From an uncultured Bacilli bacterium (GTDB lineage: Bacteria > Bacillota_I > Bacilli_A > RF39 > UBA660): a DNA stretch of 44,414 nucleotides. Numbering within the stretch: the first letter of the stretch is position 1; every line of letters begins with the position of its first letter. The notes under the pieces were generated by a model. That model was given only the letters and a program-made list of their open reading frames with translations. It was not told the origin of the DNA and searched no databases. The stretch lies in contig CANRHM010000001.1 of the NCBI GenBank assembly GCA_947630415.1, forward strand, positions 1-44,414, in the 5' to 3' direction. Shown piece by piece: positions 1-6,315 of this stretch. The position numbers and the translations under genes were made by a program.

Positions 1-100
1 TGGCTCTTTGCTAGAGATTACCATGTTGGCTTCCCACCAACTATATATTACACGCCGAACTGACGCACCACCTACTTAAAGTATACCATTAAAAACAAAA

Positions 101-124
101 GAAAAAAAGGAGATTAAACTCCTT
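101..124 (-). terminator. weak intrinsic terminator after the last gene of the sipW operon
   Basis: AAGGAG-ATTAAA-CTCCTT hairpin (107-124), followed on the minus strand by a T-run (A-run 102-106 on plus). Overlaps the stop codon. Confidence 0.4.
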
Positions 125-608
125 GATTATGTTGATTTACGACATCTATTCTTTGGGCAACTACTTCTACCGGTTTTGGTTTATCTTTTTTCTTACTTAA
201 TAGCAAGAAAATATTAGCAGCACTTAGCCCATATAACATAATTTGAAGTGGTGCAATCATATCGGAATAGTAATCAAAGTTTATATCATATCCTTGCTGA
301 ATTCCCGAAATCATAAATGGATCTGCAACTGCACGAATACCACAGTAGATAAATAAAGCAAATACTAAGCAACAAACAAAATTATAAAAGAAATTATCGT
401 TTACTACTTTTTGCCTATAAATAAGATTTATCATAAATAAAATCAAAATGACTATATAAGGTAAAAATACCGAAACAGATTCAACTAAACTCTTTTCTAA
501 TCGCTTATACATAAATAAGATAATATAAAGTGTCAAACCTAGACTAACTAAAAGAAGCACCGTCTTCAATACGTTTAATACTTTATTCAAAAGATAATCC
601 ATCGTCAT
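114..608 (-). CDS. integral membrane protein, about 4 TM helices, unknown family
   Basis: 164-aa ORF with hydrophobic helices (TVLLLVSLGLTLYIILFMY, VFLPYIVILILFMINLIY, FVCCLVFALFIYCGI, LQIMLYGLSAANIFLLL). Its ATG overlaps the stop of the upstream ORF (TAATG), implying translational coupling. Confidence 0.6.
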   Translation of the reverse strand: MTMDYLLNKVLNVLKTVLLLVSLGLTLYIILFMYKRLEKSLVESVSVFLPYIVILILFMINLIYRQKVVNDNFFYNFVCCLVFALFIYCGIRAVADPFMISGIQQGYDINFDYYSDMIAPLQIMLYGLSAANIFLLLSKKKDKPKPVEVVAQRIDVVNQHNQGV

Positions 609-1300
609 TATTTAGCCCCCTCCATTTCTTCTCTAAGAAAGTTTGATAATTCTTCGGTAAGAGCAGCAACATCACTATAAGCATCCATAACCTCAGTAAA
701 AGAATTGGATACTTCATCATAGGTAATGGCTGAAATATAAGTGGTGAAATGGTAACTACTATTATTTAAAAGACGACTTTTTAAACCGCTGGTTTTTCTT
801 GCTAACTCCTTAATATAAAGACCTAAAACTTTTTCGTTTTGTAATAAGAAAGTGTTGGTTATTTCTTTTTCACTAGCAGAAGCAAACCAAGAAAGATTGC
901 TAAGACATTTTCCTACAGCTTCATTTTCATAAGATTCTCTTAAATAATATACATCCACGATATTTACTTGTTTTTTATCTAGCGTATTAGTTAACGTATC
1001 ATTGCTTAAAGCCGCAACACAAGTGTTAAGTTTTTGATAAGCTGTTTGAGCCTGAGAGCTAGTTAAGGATCCTTGATAAGTATTTGAATTGATACTAGCA
1101 AGATTATTTTTCGTATTTTGTACAGAAGTTAGGTAAGAATCAATAATCGAAGTTCGATAACTAGAAGAAATGGTATAAACTTTACTAATCTCCGATTGGT
1201 GATACATATTGATAAGTAAAAAGAATGAGGCAAAAGCAAAAACCAATCCCATTAGTGAATAGGCAATAATTTGACAATACTGTTTTAAAAAATCAATCAT
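608..1300 (-). CDS. N-terminally anchored hypothetical protein with a Ser/Thr/Asn-rich ectodomain
   Basis: 230-aa ORF. One N-terminal TM (IIAYSLMGLVFAFASFFLLINMY), RBS AAAAGGAG 8 nt before the ATG, two Cys in the extracytoplasmic part. No family recognised. Confidence 0.6.
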   Translation of the reverse strand: MIDFLKQYCQIIAYSLMGLVFAFASFFLLINMYHQSEISKVYTISSSYRTSIIDSYLTSVQNTKNNLASINSNTYQGSLTSSQAQTAYQKLNTCVAALSNDTLTNTLDKKQVNIVDVYYLRESYENEAVGKCLSNLSWFASASEKEITNTFLLQNEKVLGLYIKELARKTSGLKSRLLNNSSYHFTTYISAITYDEVSNSFTEVMDAYSDVAALTEELSNFLREEMEGAK

Positions 1301-1330
1301 ATAATTTGCTCCTTTTTATTTTTTTTATTT

Positions 1331-1906
1331 TTAGGAAACCAAGGTTACTTTATAATGGTAATGCTTATTCGCCCAAGAAGTATCATAAGCATCCATCTTT
1401 ACCCAAATACGAAGTGCAAATTCATAAGTCTTATTCCCTGGAATAACACCTTCTGATAAAATGTTCATTTGAAGATCAGATAAGTTACCTGAAGCCACGA
1501 CTTTAGCATCTCTTGTTAATTGGTAACGAAGTTGACTTCGATCTAACAAGGTAGAAGTAGTACAACCATCTTTAATTTCACCAAGAGGCAAGTCTTCAAT
1601 TAATAGTCTGTATTTCCCTTCCGTTTCACTCTTATTTGTTACGGTGAAAAGATACGGATTAATGGCACTTCCATCTTCATCCGATAAAGGATTGGCTTCC
1701 ACTAAAGTAATTCCTTCTCCATTATCTTTTATAGAAACTTCTAGTACAGGAACTCCACCACTCAGATTCTCTGGCGTCATAAATGCATAAGAGAAACTAA
1801 AGATTAAACATAATCCTATTAATAACACGAACATAATAACAACAGGATAAGTAAGGAACCTATTATCTTGTTCTTCTTCATTTTTAATTTTAATTTTTTC
1901 TTCCAT
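1331..1906 (-). CDS. short TasA-like paralogue with a SipW-cognate-type signal/anchor (191 aa)
   Basis: Start moved to MEEKIKIK (ATG 1906), 1 nt after the sipW stop, with GGAGG in the sipW 3' end. Charged N-region plus one TM ending in FSFSYAF. Shares the motifs ANPLSDEDG, YLFTVTN, YEFALRIWV and the C-terminal HYKVTLVS with the three larger paralogues. Confidence 0.6.
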   Translation of the reverse strand: MEEKIKIKNEEEQDNRFLTYPVVIMFVLLIGLCLIFSFSYAFMTPENLSGGVPVLEVSIKDNGEGITLVEANPLSDEDGSAINPYLFTVTNKSETEGKYRLLIEDLPLGEIKDGCTTSTLLDRSQLRYQLTRDAKVVASGNLSDLQMNILSEGVIPGNKTYEFALRIWVKMDAYDTSWANKHYHYKVTLVS

Positions 1907-1907
1907 T

Positions 1908-2843
1908 TTAACCTCCCATGGATACTTTATCTTTTCTATTTTTCGGATAAATCCGTATGACATCTTTATAGACTTCATTGCTTATTTTAACAGTTTCTTT
2001 TTCTTTTTTTGTCGAAGGTTCGATTAAAATAACATCTTTATAAATTTCATTTACTTGCATAACCTCAATATTGAGTAATAAGGCCTCTTCTTGTTCTTCT
2101 ATGATTTCTTTATCAGACACAATAGATAAGTTAGTTAATAAATCATAGTCTTCTTCCTCGACTGGTTCAACCATAGGAATAGCCTTAAATGGATCTTCCT
2201 CTTTTGTTGATCTACCCTTGATGGTATTTGCTTTATCCTTATTTTCTTCTAAAGCCATTTTCTTTCTAGTAGAGCGAATAAACACAGCTACTAATTTAAC
2301 AAGGTCATAAACAATAATAGCTAAGCAAGGTAGAACAATAGCGATGATCCAACCATAAGAAGTAGATAAAAATTCTTGTAAATAGCCTAATTTAGGAATT
2401 TTAAATATGACTTTTCCTAAAATATTTTCTTGAGGTACGATCCAAGAGTCCTCCACATTGTTGTTATCTCCTTGAGTACGATATCGATAATTACCATTTG
2501 CATCTTGGTCACGTCCAACAACACGGTGCGTAACGGTTGCTCCATAATGCATAGGATCATGTGTTACAAAAGTAATGACATCTCCTACTTGTATAGAAGA
2601 GGGCAAAGCTTTAACATCCACGACTGCATCTTTAACTAGAATCGTAGGTTCCATACTATTGGTAAGAATAACATAGGCACTTAGAAGTGGTGAAACATAA
2701 TGATCTTTATTAATATTTTGCTTTTCTTCTACAAAGTAGACTACTACTGTGATCGCAATTAAAATTAATATAAGTAAAATAGAATACATGAAAACAGATG
2801 CAATAAAGTGCAACGCTCTTTTAACATAATCAAATGCTTTCAT
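1908..2843 (-). CDS. sipW: signal peptidase I, ER/archaeal (SipW) type, with a ~120-aa C-terminal extension
   Basis: N-terminal TM, then LTNSMEP (catalytic Ser box), VTHRVV (His box), TQGDNN box and a second TM (GWIIAIVLPCLAIIVYDLVKLVAVFI). Sits among proteins with SipW-type signals. Confidence 0.8.
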   Translation of the reverse strand: MKAFDYVKRALHFIASVFMYSILLILILIAITVVVYFVEEKQNINKDHYVSPLLSAYVILTNSMEPTILVKDAVVDVKALPSSIQVGDVITFVTHDPMHYGATVTHRVVGRDQDANGNYRYRTQGDNNNVEDSWIVPQENILGKVIFKIPKLGYLQEFLSTSYGWIIAIVLPCLAIIVYDLVKLVAVFIRSTRKKMALEENKDKANTIKGRSTKEEDPFKAIPMVEPVEEEDYDLLTNLSIVSDKEIIEEQEEALLLNIEVMQVNEIYKDVILIEPSTKKEKETVKISNEVYKDVIRIYPKNRKDKVSMGG

Positions 2844-2876
2844 TAATGCACCCCGATTCTATTCACTCTACTATAC

Positions 2877-2905
2877 ATGATAGCAAAAAAAAAGATTTTT
2901 TACAA
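2877..2905 (-). promoter_or_regulatory. putative sigma-A promoter of the sipW operon
   Basis: Minus strand reads TTGTAA-17 nt (AAAATCTTTTTTTTTGC)-TATCAT, then the RBS GGGGTG and the ATG at 2843. Confidence 0.4.
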
Positions 2906-2935
2906 TAGAAAAGAAACATATCGACTATGTTTCTT
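2906..2935 (-). terminator. intrinsic terminator after the Gly-Ser-repeat paralogue
   Basis: Perfect 10-bp stem AAGAAACATA/TATGTTTCTT (2911-2935) with a 5-nt loop, followed by a T-rich tail on the minus strand. Confidence 0.55.
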
Positions 2936-2943
2936 AACTTATT

Positions 2944-3690
2944 TTACTTAGCTGAAGTTGCCACTAAATTAACTTTAGCTGAGAATGTTTTGTTGCTATA
3001 ATCTTCGGCATATTGTCTAACCCACAAACGTAAACGATATTTTTCATTATAACCAGGTTCTTCAATTTTTCTAGTAAATAACATTTTACCATCAAACTCA
3101 TTGCTCTTAAAATCTTCATATTGACTATATACTTTAACGCTTCCTAAATACAACGTTTCTGGCACAGCAATTTCTCTATTTCCCTTTAAATTCGTTACAT
3201 ATACTTTAACGTCCGGATCTAAAAGCGTAGAGGAAGCCATTTTTTCTAAGATAACTTTATACTCTAAAGGATTTCCTTCTCTTGGATTACCAGTAACTTG
3301 AAAATCAAAATAAGTATGATTTCCTACCATTACTTTACCTTCTTCATCGGTCATTGGAAAAGCATTGGTAATATAGATTCCGTTAGCAGGAAAATATCCT
3401 CCACTTCCACCGGAACCAGATCCTGAGCCCGATCCAGAACCCGAACCTGTTCCATCACCTTGAGCTCCACTATTATCCGAATAAGAAAATAAAATATCTC
3501 CTGTTTGAATGGTATTATTAGAAGTACTACTTCCACCATCCATTCCTAGATAATCTCGTTGAAAAGCAAATGAAAAAGTCATTAATCCAGAAATCAATAA
3601 AATAAATAAGAATATAAATAAATAAATATTTTTTCTAGAGGTCTTTGTTTCTTCTTGTTCAATATCAATATTAATGTCCTTTTTATCCAT
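2944..3690 (-). CDS. TasA-like paralogue with a SipW-cognate-type signal and an internal Gly-Ser repeat (248 aa)
   Basis: Long charged N-region and a TM ending in TFSFAFQ, then NNTIQTGDILFSY. Also GDGTGSGSGSGSGSGSGGSGG, NAFPMTDEEG, YFDFQVTG, KYRLRLWV and the C-terminal NKTFSAKVNLVA. Confidence 0.7.
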   Translation of the reverse strand: MDKKDINIDIEQEETKTSRKNIYLFIFLFILLISGLMTFSFAFQRDYLGMDGGSSTSNNTIQTGDILFSYSDNSGAQGDGTGSGSGSGSGSGSGGSGGYFPANGIYITNAFPMTDEEGKVMVGNHTYFDFQVTGNPREGNPLEYKVILEKMASSTLLDPDVKVYVTNLKGNREIAVPETLYLGSVKVYSQYEDFKSNEFDGKMLFTRKIEEPGYNEKYRLRLWVRQYAEDYSNKTFSAKVNLVATSAK

Positions 3691-3754
3691 ACCTCTTCAC
3701 CTCTATTATAAGAGTACCACATCTAAATCATTAATTCAAGTAAATATCGTAAAG

Positions 3755-3781
3755 AAAAAACACTCCGAAGAGTGCTTTTTT
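3755..3781 (-). terminator. intrinsic terminator after paralogue B
   Basis: Minus strand GCACTC-TTCG-GAGTGT hairpin followed by T6, with an A-run on the other side (bidirectional shape). Confidence 0.6.
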
Positions 3782-3788
3782 AACTAAA

Positions 3789-4634
3789 TTATTGTTGGTC
3801 TTTAGCAACGACATTTATTTTAACAGTGAATGTTTTTCCGTTAGTTCCTTTTTGGAATGTGTTACCCTCAACGCTACATTTACCTGCTGCTGGAACTTCT
3901 TCTTGCACTTGATCTGATTTTACACAAGCATCATTTGTCATTTGAGTTAAGTTGCCATTACCTTCATTTTCGGTAGTTTTATAGCCATCTTCAGCCAATC
4001 CACTTTTGAGATAATAACGATCAGAGAACCACATTTGGAATTTGTAATAATGTGTTGCTTCTGCTGCACTTACGGATTCACCAGTCGATGTGAAAGTACC
4101 TGAACCTAAAACTTTTTGAGCTTTTAGACTGCTATCAGAAATTAGTTGATCACCTTTAGCATCTTCTAAAGAATCAAAGAAAGTTGGTTTTACAAAATCA
4201 GAATAACTTTTAGCAGCGGTTTCATCTTTTAAAAGGCGTAAACGAACATACTTTGAATCCAATGTTTCATAGTTTGCTGGATCACTCGTCTCTGCAACAA
4301 TAATATCATAATCAATTGTTAATTTACCATTTAAAGTAGATGCAACAGTAAATTCAAATTCACCTTTTTCGTCGTCACTTAGATTAGTTAATGCAGTTCC
4401 TGTAGCATCAGTATCTGAAATAGGCATTGCATTTGTTAAATTGACACCGTTCCCAGTTTCATTATAACTGAATACCAAAGTACCTGTACTAATAGTATTA
4501 GTAGTTGTTCCTTGTTTTGAATAAGTAAAGAATGCGAATGACACTCCTACTACTGCAACTACTAAAATAGCAACTGCTAAAACTGATAATAAAACTTGAC
4601 TTGTTTGATGATTATTATTCCTTTCTTCATTCAT
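3789..4634 (-). CDS. TasA-like secreted protein, paralogue B (281 aa), SipW-cognate-type signal
   Basis: MNEERNNNHQTSQ, a TM ending in VSFAFFTYSKQG, then TNTISTGTLVFSY (compare TasA TWAAFNDIKSKDATFASGTLDLS, from memory). Also NAMPISDTD, EFEFTVAS, HYYKFQMWF and GKTFTVKINVVA. Strong RBS AAGGAGG. Confidence 0.75.
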   Translation of the reverse strand: MNEERNNNHQTSQVLLSVLAVAILVVAVVGVSFAFFTYSKQGTTTNTISTGTLVFSYNETGNGVNLTNAMPISDTDATGTALTNLSDDEKGEFEFTVASTLNGKLTIDYDIIVAETSDPANYETLDSKYVRLRLLKDETAAKSYSDFVKPTFFDSLEDAKGDQLISDSSLKAQKVLGSGTFTSTGESVSAAEATHYYKFQMWFSDRYYLKSGLAEDGYKTTENEGNGNLTQMTNDACVKSDQVQEEVPAAGKCSVEGNTFQKGTNGKTFTVKINVVAKDQQ

Positions 4635-4663
4635 TTTTCTCTTATCCTCCTTATCATAATTAG

Positions 4664-4693
4664 ATTATAGTAAAAGTTACCCCCCCCCGTCAA
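4664..4693 (-). promoter_or_regulatory. sigma-A promoter of paralogue B with a G9 tract in the spacer
   Basis: Minus strand TTGACG(4693-4688)-18 nt-TATAAT(4669-4664). The spacer begins with the rest of a G9 run (C9 on plus, 4680-4688). Confidence 0.6.
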
Positions 4694-4721
4694 GGGTTTT
4701 GACACAAAAATATTTTTGTTG

Positions 4722-4749
4722 ACAAAAAAAGTATCCATAATGGATACTT
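4722..4749 (-). terminator. intrinsic terminator after paralogue A
   Basis: AAGTATCCA-TTA-TGGATACTT perfect 9-bp stem (4729-4749), followed by a T7 run on the minus strand. Confidence 0.75.
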
Positions 4750-4758
4750 AATTTTTTA

Positions 4759-5580
4759 TTATGCAGCGTCTTTAGCATTTACATCTAATCGAACGACGAA
4801 AGTTTTTCCATTGGTACCTTTATCAGCTTCATTGTATGAAGCAGTTGCTTTTTCTGTTCCATTTTGTCCATATATTGGATCATCGCAAGGAATTTTTTCT
4901 TCACCTTCCATATATTTGGTATTTGTACACATATCAGGTGTCATCATTGTATCTTTAGTTGTTCCAGACTCTACATTATCCATATATTTTGTTGCAAACC
5001 ACATTAAGAAACGATATTTATGAATTTGCTCTGTTCCAGCTTCTGCTGTTCCTGTAAACTGTCCATTAGCTAAAAGTTTAGCTTCAGAATTTTCTTGAGC
5101 ATTATCCAATTTAACGAACCATTGTGGTGCTAGTTTTACCGTAGAATATGTACCTTCTTTATCTCCTCCATACAAAGCAACTTTAACGTATTTTGGATCT
5201 AGATGGTATCTTTCTTCTACATGATCAGTAGTCGATTTTTCAACAGTAATATCTTTAACACTTATTTCATAATTGATGGTCATTGTTCCAGAAATAGTAG
5301 ATGTTACACTGAAATCAAAATAACTATTTTCAGAAGCACCAACTCCGGTTGAAGGATCCGTCGTTGGAATAGCATTTTCTAATTTAATTCCAGGGGCTTC
5401 CTCCTCATATTTAAATACTAATGATCCTGTGCTAATGGTGTTGGTAGTTGATCCTTGTTTTGAATACGTAAAGAATGCAAATGACACTCCTACTACTGCT
5501 ACCACCAAAATAGCTACGGCTAAAACTGATAATAAAACCTGATTTGTTTGATGACTGTTATTGTTTTTTTCTTCGTTCAT
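4759..5580 (-). CDS. TasA-like secreted protein, paralogue A (273 aa), SipW-cognate-type signal
   Basis: The first ~58 residues are almost identical to paralogue B. It shares NAIPTTDPS, YFDFSVTS, HKYRFLMWF and GKTFVVRLDVNA. Strong RBS AAGGAGG. Confidence 0.75.
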   Translation of the reverse strand: MNEEKNNNSHQTNQVLLSVLAVAILVVAVVGVSFAFFTYSKQGSTTNTISTGSLVFKYEEEAPGIKLENAIPTTDPSTGVGASENSYFDFSVTSTISGTMTINYEISVKDITVEKSTTDHVEERYHLDPKYVKVALYGGDKEGTYSTVKLAPQWFVKLDNAQENSEAKLLANGQFTGTAEAGTEQIHKYRFLMWFATKYMDNVESGTTKDTMMTPDMCTNTKYMEGEEKIPCDDPIYGQNGTEKATASYNEADKGTNGKTFVVRLDVNAKDAA

Positions 5581-5608
5581 CTTTTCTTATCCTCCTTATC
5601 ATAATTAG

Positions 5609-5637
5609 ATTATAATAAAGTTAACCCCCCCAGTCAA
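5609..5637 (-). promoter_or_regulatory. sigma-A promoter of paralogue A with a G7 tract in the spacer
   Basis: Minus strand TTGACT(5637-5632)-17 nt-TATAAT(5614-5609). The spacer starts with G7 (C7 on plus, 5625-5631). Confidence 0.6.
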
Positions 5638-5665
5638 GTAATTTGACATAAATTTTTTTATTGAC

Positions 5666-5691
5666 AAAAAAAGAATGCTCTAAGCACTCTT
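5666..5691 (-). terminator. intrinsic terminator after the 3D-domain gene
   Basis: Minus strand AAGAGTGCT-TAG-AGCATTCTT (one G-U pair) followed by a T-run. Confidence 0.6.
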
Positions 5692-5698
5692 AACTTTT

Positions 5699-6286
5699 TT
5701 ACCAACCCCAACGAAGTATTTCGTAGGAAATATTATATTGCCTACCAATAGGAGCTGTAACTTTTTCTGATTCAAATAACAAATCCATGGTTAATCCTTT
5801 AATAGCACTTCCACGATCTAGTGCAATCGCTATAATAGGTTCGCTACTAAAGTTAAAGTTTGATATTTTTACAATAGTTCCACAAGGAATCACTGGATCG
5901 GTTGCTACAATTCGTATAGTTCCATACGTTGCATCGTTAAAATAGATATTTCCATCTCGTACGTCCTGTCTTGGAGGGCATCCTACTCTTCCACCACATC
6001 CTTCACAGTCTGGTCCATATCCTGTAATAGTTCCTGTAAAAGTAATAGGACCAATTGGGCCTTGCTCTTCGATTTCAGCAAGACTTGATACATATAAAGG
6101 TTTATTACTATCTAATATTGCATTGTATTTCGATACAATATGAATAGCTTCTAAAGACTTGGTACGATTTATATTATCTGTTTTAATTACTTCACGTTGA
6201 TTACCAGAAGCAATAATTAAAAGAATTACTGCTATAAAGGAAATGAGAAGAAAACGATTCTTCATGGCTACTAAAAATTGTCTCAT
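5699..6286 (-). CDS. 3D-domain (YabE-like) cell-wall protein with an N-terminal anchor
   Basis: N-terminal TM. C-terminal IVATDPVIPCGTIVKISN...AIALDRGSAIKG..MDLLFES matches the 3D-domain pattern. Position after metG-tatD mirrors B. subtilis metS-yabD-yabE. Confidence 0.75.
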   Translation of the reverse strand: MRQFLVAMKNRFLLISFIAVILLIIASGNQREVIKTDNINRTKSLEAIHIVSKYNAILDSNKPLYVSSLAEIEEQGPIGPITFTGTITGYGPDCEGCGGRVGCPPRQDVRDGNIYFNDATYGTIRIVATDPVIPCGTIVKISNFNFSSEPIIAIALDRGSAIKGLTMDLLFESEKVTAPIGRQYNISYEILRWGW

Positions 6287-6315
6287 ATCACACCTCTATT
6301 GTTAAATAGAGCATA

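Noticed and set aside
1907-1978. N-terminal 24 codons of track ORF 1331-1978 (MKSIKMSYGFIRKIEKIKYPWEVK)
   Set aside because: This part overlaps the 3' end of sipW in another frame. The internal ATG at 1906 sits right after the sipW stop with a GGAGG RBS, and it gives an N-terminus analogous to the other paralogues.
2885-2893. A9/T9 run in the spacer of the putative sipW-operon promoter, considered as a third phase-variable tract
   Set aside because: A/T homopolymers of this length are frequent in this AT-rich sequence (many A7-A9 runs in other intergenic regions). The promoter call itself is only moderate, so the tract is not distinctive, unlike the G9/G7 tracts.
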